From Nanobdellati archaeon (GTDB lineage Archaea > EX4484-52 > GLR71): a DNA stretch of 64,000 nt. The notes beneath the pieces were generated by a model that saw only the letters and a program-made list of their open reading frames with translations, did not search any database and was not told where the DNA came from. Below, piece by piece: positions 1 through 15,000 of this stretch (positions within the stretch are counted from its first letter, which is position 1; the number at the start of each line of letters is the position of its first letter). Where the stretch lies: NCBI GenBank assembly GCA_019429125.1, contig JAHYJO010000001.1:1-64000 (forward strand), written 5' to 3'. The position numbers and the translations under genes were made by a program.

Positions 1-1
1 C

Positions 2-3000
2 CTTGAATTCGGTAAAGGTTATTTCCAGATATCTAAATTTGGAAGCAATGTTACATTCAATGATTATTATCCATCAAGTCCATTGGTCAACGCAACTGGA
101 TATATGCAATATGAGATGACAACATCTGAATGGTGCACTACTGCTAAATCATATTCACTTGGTGCTAATTATTATATTACTGGTCTTTTGGGGTCATCTT
201 ATTACAAAGATAATTCTACAATCCCTGCACCTTATGGTTCAATTCCTTTTACACTTTTAGGTAACTTGTCCGCATCATATATGACTTTGCCTGACGGAAG
301 CATAAATTATACGAGAGGGAGCTCAATTCCTCTTGATGGTGTTATTATTGATGATTGCGCTGCTGTGAAATCAGACAGTGCAAAATATGGGACTGAATAT
401 GTATTGTCGCATGGTATTACTGGTTATTCAGTTATTGTCTCTCTTGCTACAGGGTCTTGGAATTCACCACTTAATGCACCACTTGGTTGGTATAATGTAA
501 CTATGACTACTTATTCAGAGGGTGGTGAAATTGGGCTTTATGTTGATGGTGTAGATGTACTTTCAAATGCATTTTATCTTTCTACTGTGCCTCAATCAGA
601 TTATGTGTCTGTGGTTCCCGCAAGTGATGGTTGGTCTGCGTCGCCTGTTAATTTTACTATAAATGTGACTGATGAAGATAATGATACGGTTGTGGTATCT
701 CTGTACCTTAAAAAAGGCGCAGGTGCTTGGGTACTGTATGATAATTGGATCTGTTATAACTGCAATGATAATCAGACAATGTTTAATAGGACGTTTAATC
801 ATGATGAGATTGGCACATGGTATTATCTTTTCAATGCATCAGATCAGTCTGGAAATGCGAACGTATCGCTTCAGTCTGGTTCGTTCGTTATTGAGAAAGA
901 TGACATATCATTTATTGATGTGGTTCCGACAACTGTTGATATTAATAGAACGAGTGGTAGTGTAAACTTATCTTTAAGGATATATGATGATGACAACAAG
1001 ACGTATACTACAAATCTTTCGTCAGCATCACCTAATGAGGTACTGTTTTTTATCACTAATGATTCGGTAGCATCAAACTGGCGTGAGGAGACAACAGACA
1101 CAAAGAATACAACACATTATTATCTTGATTTTGATCCAGGATGTGAGTATGTAGCAAATCATCAGGAATGGAAAGTCAATACGTCAAGTGATTATTTTGC
1201 GACAAATGATACTAAAAATTTCGTAACACTTTATGTAGATATATATGGAACACTTACAGCTACACAGGATTTCCCTGATACTTCTACAAATTACAGTCAG
1301 GATGATATAATACCTGTGAATGGCACACTTATAGATGATTGCGGTACTGGGATAACTGGAGCGTCTGTCTATTTCAATCTGACTCTTGATGCAAATACAT
1401 ATCGGTGTCCGGGTGTGGGGGGTGCAATTGATGAAGGTGCTGGTGTATATTCGTGCAGTTTTGATACGGCAGAAAAAAGTGCAGGGTATTATAATGTTAC
1501 AATGTATGCTGAGAAAGCATATAATAATCCTGATTCTGATTTGCGACAGGACGCATTTTTCTTAATATCTCCTGTTGCATTCTCTTCAGAGACTGTAAGT
1601 TCTGAGTCATCAGGTTGGGGTTCTGAACGGAATTTCTCAATCATTGTAAGCCATTATACTGGTGTCAATCTGACTTTGTGGCACAGTAAAGGATTGAGCG
1701 GGGGGCCTTACAGTTCTGTGAACAGTTCATTTTTGCCTAGTCCTTCAAGTCAACAGGTGGATGTTTTCAATAATTATACTTGTTCTGACATAAGTACATG
1801 GTTTTACAAGTTCAATGCGACAGATTCTAATTATGAGGGGAATGTGACAACGGTATTTCATGATTATACACTCACTACAGATGATATCGTGCTTGGTCAG
1901 TTTTATGTGGGGAATGAATCTTATGTAAACAGGTCATTAACACTTGATAATAATTCGGTGCGTCTTGCTCATAGTGTGAATGATACTGTCCGAAATGTGT
2001 TGATAGGTGCTACAACTGCTATACTTTATATTAATGTGACAAATGATAATGTTGCAAATTATACAATTGTAAACTCTAATACTACAAATTCAACAGGGTA
2101 TATTAATTTTGATTTCCTTCCTGATTGCTCGTATTCTGTGGGTGCGCAGAAATGGCAGACATATACACATTCGGATACATGTTATTCAGATGAATTGTCT
2201 TCAAATTTTACTTTGTATGTGCAGGGTGATTTGAGACCAAATGTCACATTGCCACAAGATCTTGAACAGTACCAGAATGGGATAGAGAATGTGACGATAA
2301 ATATTACGCTTTTAGATGAATGTGGTCTGAACATTTCTAATGCTGAATTGAACATAACATTAAATAATACTGATGCAGATGTAATTGATTATTGTACAGA
2401 TGTAATAAATCTTGGCGATGGGAACTATTCATGTGAATGGGAGACAATAGTAACTGGTGTAGGTAGGTATGATGTTATAGTTAAAGCATATAATGTGTTA
2501 TATTATAATAATGGAACAACTACACTTGTTGATTCATTCAGGGTGATACCACCTATAAATAATGCACCGAACCTTACAAATCAGACTATATTGTATGATA
2601 CAGATGGTTGGGGTGCAACATTTAATTTTTCAGTTAAAGTATATGATAAAGATTATGATACTGTGAATGTATCATTCTGGATATCATCTGATAATTCAAC
2701 TTGGGTGTTTGAGGATTCACAAAATTGTACTGCATGTAATGATTGGAATCAGTTGAATTTCAGTTATGAAGGTTTCACATGTTCTGATCAGCAAGAATGG
2801 TATTTCAAGTTCAATGCAACAGATTATGAGAATGATACAGAGTTGTCAGGTGTCAATTTCACAGTTGAAAAAAATGATGTTACGGTCTCATATTTTGCAG
2901 GTGGTGGAAATGCTACATATGTTAACAGGACAAGTCCGGGTACTACACAGTTTGCATTGCGAGTGTTCGATGCAGATAATGGGAGTGGTCCTGCACTTTC

Positions 3001-6000
3001 TGCCGGACGAAATGGTACATTCTGGGTATCTTATAATGCTACTACTTATGATACTGGGTATTTCAATCAGACTAATTCAACAGGACATATCAATTATATA
3101 TTCAATCCGTCCTGTTCACCTAAATATTCAATAGGTCCACAAAATTGGACAGGTGGAATAAAAGGAGATACCTGTTATTTTGATACCAATGATACAGAGT
3201 CGCTTATAGTATATGTTGTAGGTGAGATTAATGATACTCTTGTCACTCCTGTTGGTGATAATTTCTATGAGAATGATAATGTCACAATTAGGGTGAACCT
3301 TATGCAGGAATGTGATGCGACTGATTTGGTTGTTGATGCTGTAGTTGATTTTGGAGTGCATCATGATACCTATTCATCTATTTGTTCTGTGGTAAATGAG
3401 GATGACGGAAATTATAATTGTACATGGAATGTTACGGGTTCTCCAGGTGGATGGTATAATATTACAATTAATTCAACAAGACAATATCTAAATCCTATAT
3501 CAACATTAAAGATTAATTCATTTTTCCATCAGATTAATCCGGTTATTTCTGGTGCTGGTGCAGATAAGTCATCAGTTGTATGGGGTAATGATGCTTCAAA
3601 GTCTCAGGTGATATTTACAGTAAATGTAACAGATGATGACGATACTGTTGATGTATATCTTTGGGAGTCATTGGGTTCTGCCACAGGACCATGGACGCTT
3701 GCAGACCAGACGTCATGTTTTGATTGCATAAATACGACAAAGACATTTACAAGGACATATAGTGCTTGCGGTGACATTGGCACTTGGTATTGGAAGATAA
3801 ATGCAAGTGATAGTGATGGTCTTTCAGATGAAGAACCAGTATATAATTTTGAGGTTACAAAAAGAGGTGTATATTTCACTCATAACAGTGGAAACAATAC
3901 AGATGTTCTCCGTACAGGAACAAATACGACTACTTTGAAAGTTAGGGTATTCGATAATTATACAGATAGCAATCTGGGTAGCGGTATGCAGAGTTATTTC
4001 TGGGTCACTACAAATGGTACAACTACGGAAATATGGGGTAATCAGTTAGGAGATACTACTGATTTCCAGGGTTATGTAGAATATGATTTTGAGCCTGGAT
4101 GCGATGCACCATTATACCTTACAGGTACACAAGATTGGAAAGTAGGTATAATTGGTGGTAACTGTTACCTTGATACGAATTCAACATATTATGAACTTGA
4201 TATAAATGGAAGTCTTTCAAACAATCTTGATGTTCCTGTACATACTGAAAGGTATGAGAAAGAGAGTGACATGACTTTCTTTGGTACTGTAAGTGATGAT
4301 TGTACTGCTACAACTGGCACTTATATATCCTTAGCTAACACTGTTAAGTTTGATATTACAGGTGCTAATTCATACCTTTGTTCAGCATTTACTGATTTTA
4401 ATAACGGTACTTACAGCTGTAACTGGAACAATATTGGACCTTTCCTTGGTTTGCATAATGTTACACTTAATTCAACAAAAGTATATTATGATGCATCAAG
4501 TATATTTGTGGAAGATGTATTTAGGATTGGAATTGCTCCTGAGTTAGGTGAGACTTATGTTGATATAGAATCTGAAGGTTGGGGACATAACTATACTTTC
4601 AAGGTTGAGTTCAGGGATATGGAATCTGATGATGTTGATAATATAACATTATATAAAGCATATAGTGATGCAGGACCATGGTATGTAGTAGCATCTGAAG
4701 AAAGATTTAATGGAGTATCCTGGGACAATATAACCTTTAATAAAATATTTGATTGTTATGACTTGACATCTGGTCCTTATATTTATTATAAGTTCAATGC
4801 GACTGATAGTTTTGGATATACAAATGAGTCTGGTATAAAGAATATTACACTTGAAAAAGATGATATTAATATAATATATGTTTCGGGTGAAAGTGTATCA
4901 ATAAACCGTGAGGGTTCATATTCTGCTTATTTCAAAGTATTAGTGAATGATACAGATTTTGGTGCAGTTGTAGGTTCTGATATAAATGCAACAGTCTGGA
5001 AAACTTTTGATGCTGCATCTTATGATTCCGGTAACGGTACTGTAACGGATTCAAACGGTTATGTTAATTATTCATTTGATCCTGATTGTGGTTATTCTGC
5101 ATCAGATGCACAGTATTGGCTTATTGGGACAACAGGAAATACTTGTTATGCTGATAAGAATATGACTGTTCCAAAACAGTTTGAGATTGTCGGCCAGCTT
5201 AAAAATAATCTTTATAGACCACTTCAGAGTTCAATATTTAATGTTACTGATGGAGTTTACTTTAATGTTTCTACAGGTACTGATTGTCCTGCAGAAGGGG
5301 TTCAATCGGGTGCTACAGTAAAACTTAATCTTACACATTCCAGTAGTCAGACATATGAATGCAATTCTGTAAATGATGAAGGTACTGGGGTATATAATTG
5401 CACATGGGATTCTACAGCTAAACTTGAAGGAAACTATACAGTTAACATGACTTCTACTTTAGCAGATTATAATTCAAATACTACATTGTGGATGAATCGG
5501 TTCTGGCTTGAGAACTTAAATAGTACTTATGATAATGAATCAGTTACACCTGCAAGCGGTGGGTGGAGCCGAAATTTTACTTTTAATGTATCTGTTTTTG
5601 ATTTGGAAAGTGATGATGTTACTTGTACTTTGTTTACGAATACTACAGGAACATGGATCATTCGAGGACAGGATATAGTTTATGGCGGTGTTGGTAACTG
5701 TAGCATTATCGTGTGGGATTTCACACCGCAAGATATTGGTTTGGCATCATATAAGTTCCAGATAGAAGATGCAGAGGCATCAAACACATTTAATACGACT
5801 GTATTTTCAGGCCTTACAATAACAAAACCTATTGTTTCTGTGACATTTGAATCGTTGAATGATACACTTGTCAATAGATCTTTCGGAAGTGATATTCTTA
5901 TTGTTAGTGTCTATGATACTGAGAATAATTCTTATGTAAATAATTCTAATGTGACTTTCTGGGTTACAACTGATGGTTTGAGTTTGGATTCCGGTTCTAA

Positions 6001-9000
6001 GTTTAAGACAAATGCAACAGGACATGCAATATTTACATTTACACCTACATGTACTCCATATTATGAGACTGGATATCAGTTGTGGTCGGCAGGTGTTACT
6101 GATGATTATTATGTTAATTTAAATACATCGTTAAATTATACACTTACGGTTTATGGGCAGATGAGTAATCTAATGTTAACTCCTGCTGGAGAAAAATATT
6201 TGCGCGGTGAAGATAATGTTACTATTCGTGCAAACATCACAAGTGATTGTAGTTCTCAGGAAACTATGAATGAGACTCTTGTAAATTTCACTTTAGTGTC
6301 TCAATATACAGGAATACCTTATGGTTGCACAACTGAAATTTATAATGAAACTACTGGGTATTATAATTGCACTTTTGAGACAATAGGTAAAGATCCAAGA
6401 GGATATAATATAACTATGAATTCAACTCAAGAGTTTTACATAACTGAAATAAGTACAGAAGTTTATTCGCCGGCAACTAAATCATTCTGGATTGAGACTA
6501 GACCAACTCTTGTGGCACCAAATGTTACTCCATTATCTGGTGGTTGGGGTGAACAACATTATTTTAATGTTAATGCTACAGATTATGATCTTGATACATT
6601 AATAGTTAAAGCATGGTTCAGGGAAGCAAGTGATAGTTATACAACTATCAATTCTCGGACAAATAGTACTATTTCAGGTTCAGATCAATATGTAACATTC
6701 TCATCAAAGACATTTAGTATTGGGGATGCAGGTACTACGTGGTATTATAAATTTAATGTGACTGCAACAGATGGTGATGGGTATACAAATGAGACAATTG
6801 AAAACATGTTCTATGTGGAACAAGATACAACTTATATTGAATATATTTCGGGGAATAATACGATTGTTAATAGGTCTGCACAAGTAACTGATGAGGATTA
6901 TAATGTTACATTTATTACACGCGCATGGGATACTGATAAAAATGAATTTATTCCTTTTGGTCTTGGTAAATTTTATTTAACAAATGATACTTTCAATAAT
7001 TATATTCCATATCCATTAAATCCAACAGTTTATAGTTCCACAAATGTTTCAGGTTATGCTACTTATACATTTATACCTGGATGTGATTATGCGGTTGGGC
7101 CACAAAAGTGGAAATATGGACTTCTTAATAATCCTGCATATAATTCAACAAATTCTACTGAATTTTATTATAATATAACAACTGCACCGCTTGTGGTTAT
7201 GCTTGAATCTCCTATAGGAGGTATTACATTTGAGAAAGGAGTGAACAATATTCTTCTTCGTGGTAATGTTAGTGATGATTGTGGTCTTGTTAAAGGCGCT
7301 AACGTTGAAATTAATATTGTTAAAGATGAGACGACGTATGCAACGTGTAATCCTGCTGGGGACGAAAATACAGGGTGGTATAATTGTACAATTGTTAATA
7401 CCACCCATAATACATGGCCAGTTGGTCTGTATAATATTACAATGAAAGCAGATAAAAAGTATTATAATGATTCTGAAATGTTAGTTGTGGAAAATGCTTT
7501 CCGGCTTGTTATAAGACCTATATTGTCAAATCCTACTGCAACATCAATACAGGGTGGAAGTGTAGGTGGTTGGGGTGAGTTATGGGATTTTACTGTGGAT
7601 ATATCAGATCCAGATGGTGACAGTTCAAATGTATCATTTTGGATAAATCTAACGGGGTCATGGGAATTTATGGATTCAGTTATTTGGGCACAAGGAAATC
7701 CTACTATAACTTTTTCAGGTAAGACATTTTCTTGTGCAGATGCGTTGGATCTTGGTGTGAAACAATATAAGTTCAATGTATCTGATGATTATAATTATAC
7801 GAGTAATATTACATCAACAATGACAATTGAAAAAGATGATGTTTTTGTAAATCCAACAGCTACTGGAGGTCAGAGTGTTGACAGGAATGGTACTGTTACA
7901 ATACTTCTTCAGACACAGATAATGGATATGGATAAAGCATATGCACCTGTAGGGTCTGGTGTGGATGGTATGACTTGGGTTACTGTTAATGGTAGTGATC
8001 TTAGCAGTTATGATGGTGGTTATGGATTGCAGACAGATGCAAGTGGATATTTAAATTATAATTTTGATATAAACTGTTCTTATACAACAGGTCAGCATGC
8101 ATGGAAAGGTGGAACTTTTGCTAGTGTATGTTATAAGGACTCTATATCATCTACTATGTACTTTGATTCGTTAGGTAAATTATATACTGATATTGAATTA
8201 CCTGTGAATGGTTCAAATTATGGGACGGGTACACAAATAATAATGAGAGCTAATGTGACAAGTGAATGTGTTAATGAAGGTCTTATTGATTCTGAAGTGA
8301 AAGGGTTTGAATTTAAGAGTCCGTCTTCGTCATGGTATGGATGTTCACCTATAAATGAAGAGGAAGGTCTTGATACAGGATGGTATAATTGTACTTGGGA
8401 TTCAACATTTAAACAGCCCGGTAATTGGACAATAAGGACAAATGCGTCAAATGATACCTATTATACTGCAGTCAATACATGGGTTGATTATTTTGAACTT
8501 CTTAATAATCCACCTAGTTATTCAGATATGAATGTTACACCAGATGCTGGTGCTTGGGGTACAGTTTATACTTTCAGTGTCAATTTCACTGATTCTGATG
8601 CGGATACAGTTGATTGCGACCTTTATGTTACAACTGATAATGGTGCTACATGGAAACTCCGAAATTCAACAACACTTACAAGTCCTGCAGTTTGTAACTT
8701 GACTGTATCTGATTTTGATTGTGGGGATATTGGTAATGATAACTTTTTCAAGTTCGGTCTTGATGATGGTTATAATACAATAAATACTACAAATATGAGT
8801 GGACCAAATATTACAGTTGATAATATTGAGATAATCTATGTTTATGGAAATGATAAAGATGTCAACAGGTCATATGGAATATTACCTCTTAAAGTTTATG
8901 TCAATGATACAACAAAAGGTAGTTTTGTGTCACCTAATGTGCCTGTATATTTCAATATAACAACTGATGGCGTTGCTTATAATTTAGAGGGTTCAAATGT

Positions 9001-12000
9001 AACGGTAAATGGTAACTCTACATATTCATTTATACCATCATGTTCATATTATGAAGGTGAACAGACTTGGTATGCTGAAGTGAATGATTCTTGTTATATT
9101 CCAAAAAATACAACTGAATATAATCTGACAGTCTATGGTACATTAACTAATACACTTGATATACCAAATGGGGTTGAATATTTACCTAATAATAATATCA
9201 CACTTCGTGCAAATGTTACAAGTGACTGTCCTGCAGAAGTCATGAATGATACGGATGTAACTTTCAGATATTTCAGGACTGGATATTCAAATACATGTAC
9301 TGTTGAAAATGAATCTACAAGCTATTATAATTGTACATTTAATAACACTGGAATGTCACCTGGATATTATGATTTTGAAATGAATTCATCAAAATCATTT
9401 TATAATACTGATTCAAGAGTATTTTCATATGTATATGGTATTTCATCTTTCTGGCTTGAGACTTTGCCTGTTCTTACAACACCAACTGTAAGTCCAGGTG
9501 TTGGTGGATGGGGGGAAACATTCTATTTCACTACAAATGCAACAGATAGAGATTTGGATACAATGACTGTCAGATTATGGTTGCGAAAGAAACCAGCCGG
9601 AAGTTGGGTTCAGAAGAATATAACAACGGTTCAAGGTATTAATCAGACCGTAAACCTATCTACAAGATTCCCAAGTGGAGGGGATATGGGTGACTGGGAA
9701 TTTAATTTTACAGTTACTGCAGATGATTCTTGGGATGTATATGGGACACAAAATGTATCGTTTACAGTTGAGGCAAATGATGTACGAATTGAAATAATTT
9801 CTGGAAATGATTCTATTGTCAATAGATCTAGTCTTCCTGGCAACAGTAATCCTAATGTGACTTTTGGTGTGCGTGTCTTTGATGATGATCTTAATGCACT
9901 CATTCCGTATTCTATAACTACAAGATTTTATGTGACAAAAGACGGTAGTAATTTCACGATATTGGCAACGCCACAAAATGAGACCAGTGAATTTTACGTC
10001 ACACTAAATCCCGATTGCAGTTATGGTATAGGTCCTCAGATGTGGAAAGCATCAAGTGTCTTTTCAATGAACAGTTGGTATAAGCGGATAAATACTTCAG
10101 ATCAATATTTTAACATTACAACGGTTCCTCTGTCTACAGAGATATCTGAACCAGCAGGGATTACAACAGTCCGTGATATGGATAATATATTGCTTCGTGC
10201 TAATGTAACAGATGAATGTGGTCTTGTAGTAGGTGCTAGTCCTGTAATTGTAGTTGAGAGATTAACAGTACCTTATTTTACTTGCCCAACAGATGGTTCT
10301 TTACAGTATGAAGGAAATGGATATTATAATTGTACAGTTCCGGCTGCATCAATGTCTGGTTGGCCAACAGGAAATTACGATGTCAAGATTGATTCTTCAA
10401 AAGTATATTATAATTCATCTGAGACAAATATTAAAAATAATGCGTTCCGTCTTGTGACTGTGCCTAAAGTTGATAATACTGTCATAACGTCTTTGAGTGC
10501 TACTGGTTCATCTGATTTCGGTTGGGGTGAAGACTGGACATTTACAGTTGATGTACTTGATGAAGATAATGATAATGTCAATGTATATCTTTGGGCTAAC
10601 CTTACTGGTAATTGGGAACTTTTGGATTCAACAACATGTACAAATTGTGGTGGAAGTACGCACACAATAGAATTTACAGGTCTTAAATTCTTATGTACTC
10701 ATATAGGTAACCGTGATTTCAAGTTCAATGTGTCTGATGATTATAGTTATACAAATGAGACAGTAGGTACATTTGATATAATAAAAGATGATACAGTCAC
10801 ATATTATGGTATGGTTGGTGATTCATCACAGATTGATAGGGAAGGAAATGATGTTGAAATATTTTCTGTAAGAGTACGAGATATTGATTTCAATGCTTAT
10901 GTAGGTACAACAATACCTAATGCTACTGGTAAAATATTTGTGACAACAGATGGTGTAAGTTATGATGCTGGAACACAAAATCAGACAGATGTTTCTGGAT
11001 ATTTGTATTATACATTTAATCCAGATTGCAATTATCTTGTAGGTGCACAGAAATGGTATGGTGGACCAAGAGGTGATTCATGTTATATGGATTCAGATTC
11101 ATCAATGTTTGATACGACCATAACAGGACAGCTGAAGAGTTCAATTACAAATCCTGCATACAGTTCAAGTGTTCTTGTAGGTGATATAGTTAATCTTAAT
11201 TCAAGTGTATTTGATGAGTGTTTTGTGCCTGTGTCAGGTGTAACTATAACTCATCAGGCAGGTCCATTATCTGTTGACTTTGAAGACATTACACCAGTAT
11301 CTGATGCAGGTGACGGATATTATAATTCTACTTGGGACACCATGTTCCATCAAGGTGGCAATTGGAGTTTTATGCTAAATGCCAGTAAGATTAATTATTA
11401 TAGTAATTCAACAGTGTATGAGGAATGGTTATATCTGGATAATACTCCTCCTGTTGTTGAAAATTTCACTGTATCACCTACTATTGAAGGTTGGGGTCAT
11501 GTATACACTTATGATGCACAGATGTACGATATACAACAGGATAATATCACTTGTGATCTTTATGTAAGTACAGATAATGGTGTGTCTTGGGTATTGAAAA
11601 ATAGTACATTCATTGAGACTGTTTCAACTTTAGGTGTGGCTAATTGTACATTGTCATTATCTAACTTTGATTGTTCTGAAATTGGTACTGATAATCAGTA
11701 TAAGTTCCAGATAGATGATGGTACAAATGTATTTAATACAAGTTCAATATCTGGACCAAATATTACAAAAGATACGGTGTCTATTGATTATGTTTTCGGT
11801 AATGATTCAATTGTCAACAGGTCTGGTAGTCAGACTACTTTATTTTCTGCACGAGTTCTTGATTCTGATAAGGGAAGTATACCAGTAATGACCGGTTCTT
11901 CAGTCACTTTCTGGACAACTTATGATAATGTGGTTTATGATTTAGGATATGTAATATCAACTAATAGTACTGGTTATGCAAATTATAATTTCAATCCGGT

Positions 12001-15000
12001 ATGCAATCCTGTAAAGTATGAGGTTGGATTACAATATTGGAGTGCTGGCGTGACTGATTCTTGTTATAGCAGTATCAATACAAGCAGTAATTATACAACT
12101 ATAATCTATGGTTCAATGGATAATCAGATATTATTACCTCTTGGAACTAAGTTTATTTCAGGGATAGATAATGTTACAATTAGGTCAAATGTTACAAGTG
12201 ATTGCAGTGTCGAGGAGACTATGAATGAAACACTTGTAAATTTCACAATGACTTCACTTTATACCGGGACACCTTACGGTTGTACAACTGAAGTGTATAA
12301 TGAATCAACCGGGTATTATAATTGTACATTTGAGACTGTGGGAAAAGAGCCTCGTGAATATAACATAACTATGAATGCAACAAAAGAGTATTATATTACT
12401 AATATTACAACGATGACATATTTAGCTAGTGTGTCATCATTCCGTATAGAAAATGTTCCTTTCATGACAGCACCTGTTGTAAGTCCTGGTGTTGGTGGAT
12501 GGGGTGAAACATTCTTTTTTACTACAAATGTGACTGATGCAGATAATGATAGTATGACTGTCAGATTATGGTTGCGAAAGATTTCGGGTGGTAGTTGGGT
12601 TCAGAAGAATATAACAACGGTTCAAGGTATTAATCAGACTGTTAATCTTTCAACAACATTTGTAAGCGGTAATGATATTGGTGACTGGGAATTTAATTTC
12701 ACAGTGACTGCAGATGACTCTTGGGATGTTTATGGAACTGAGAATGTATCATTTATTGTGGAACCAAATGATGTACGGATTGAAATAATTTCAGGAAATG
12801 ATTCAATAGTTAACAGGTCAAGTCTGCCTGGTAACAGCAATCCTAATGTGACTTTTGTCGTAAAGATATATGATGATGACAGAAATGTTTTAATTAATAT
12901 TCCGATACAAACACGATTTTATGTTACAAAAGATGGTAGTAATTTTGTGACACTTGGAGATATATCAAACAATAGCGGATATTTCTTTGCGACTCTTAAT
13001 CCTGATTGCACATATGCTGTAGGTCCACAGATGTGGAAAGTAGCAAGTGTATTTTCAGGGAGCAGTTGGTATAAATTGGCAAATTCATCAAATCTGAATT
13101 TTAACATAACTACAATACCTTTAGCTACGGAACTTTCAGAACCGTTTGGTATTACAAGAGTTCGTAGTGTGGATGATATATTGCTCCGTGCTAATGTTAC
13201 AGATGAGTGCGGTCTTGTGTCTGGTGCAAGTCTTGAATTTTTTGTAGACCAGTCAGCAATACCTTATTTTACATGTCCATCAGACAGTACATTAAATGAT
13301 GAAAATGATGGGTATTATAATTGCACAATACCTGCTGAATCTACGTCTGGTTGGTCAACAGGGGATTATAATATAAATTATACTGTATCAAAAGTGTATT
13401 ACAATTCATCAGATATTATCATGGAAAATGATGCATTCCGTCTTGTTACAGTTCCTCAAGTAAGCAATCCAGTAATTACTACTTTGACTTCTATAGGTTA
13501 TTCTGATTTTGGATGGGGTGAGGACTGGACATTTGAGGTTGATGTTTTAGATTCTGATCAGGACAATGTCAATGTGTATCTATGGGTAAACCTTACTGGA
13601 GAATGGGAACTTTTGGATTCAACAGTCTGTACAAATTGTGGAACTACACAAACAATCAGTTTTGGAGGTCATGGCTTTTCATGTAGTAATATAGGTAATC
13701 GTGATTTTAAGTTCAATGTGTCTGATGATTATTCATACACGAATTATACTGTTGGTACATTTGACATAATAAAGGATGATACTATAACATATTATGGTGG
13801 TCTGGGAGATTTATCACAGATAGATAGGGAAGGTAGTGATTTTGAGACTCTTACAGTACAAATATTTGATGCTGATTATAATGATTATGTAGGTTCTTCA
13901 ATCCCTATTGCTACTGGGAAAATATTTGTGACTACAGATGGTGTAAATTATGATATAGGAACATCAAATCAGACAGATGCTTCGGGGTACCTGTATTATA
14001 TGTTTAATCCAGATTGCTCATATCTTGTAGGAAATCAAAAGTGGAAAGGTGGGTCAAAAGGTGATGCATGTTATGTAGATTCGGATTCATCAATGTTTGA
14101 TATGACTATAACAGGACAGCTGAAGAGTTCAATTACAAATCCCGTATACAGTTCAAGTGTACTTGTGGGAGATAGCATAAATTTAAATGCAAGTATATTT
14201 GATGAGTGTCTTATACTGGTACCTGGTGTAACTATAACTCATCAGGCGGTTTCACCATCTCTTGAATTTGAAGAGATTTTACCTGTATCAGATTCCGGTG
14301 TAGGATATTATAATTCTACATTTGATACTATGTTCCATCAAGGTGGCAATTGGAGCTTTATGATAAATTCCAGTAAGGTTAATTATTACAGTAATTCAAC
14401 GTTGTTTTCTAATTGGACATACTTGAATAATACACCACCTACTGTTGAAAACTTTACAGTGTCGCCAGATGAGGATGGTTGGGGGCGTGTCTACAGTTAT
14501 GAGGCACAAATCTTTGATACTCAGATGGATAATATAACTTGTGACCTTTATGTAAGCACAAATGGTGGTGCAATTTGGACACTTAAAAACAGTACATTTA
14601 TTGAGACTGTTCCAACATCCGGATTTGCAAATTGTATATTATCATTATCTAATTTTGATTGTTCTGAAATTGGTACAGATAATTTGTATAAATTCCAGAT
14701 ATTTGATGGTACAAATAAGTTTAACACCAGCGAGATATCTGGACCAAATCTTACAAAAGATACGGTGTCTATTGATTATGTATTCGGTAATGATTCAATT
14801 GTCAACAGGTCTGGTAGTCAGACTACTTTATTTTCTGCACGAGTTCTTGATTCTGATAAGGGAAGTATACCAGTAATGACCGGTTCTTCAGTCACTTTCT
14901 GGACAACTTATGATAATGTGAATTATAATACTGGAAGTGTGATATCAACAAATTCTACAGGTTATGCAACATATCAGTTTAATCCAACTTGCAGTCCTGT

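Noticed and set aside
83-85. TTG at 83 as the start of the giant protein
   Set aside because: The frame is open back to nt 2, there is no signal peptide, and the first residues are the tail of an earlier repeat unit. The gene begins upstream of the window.
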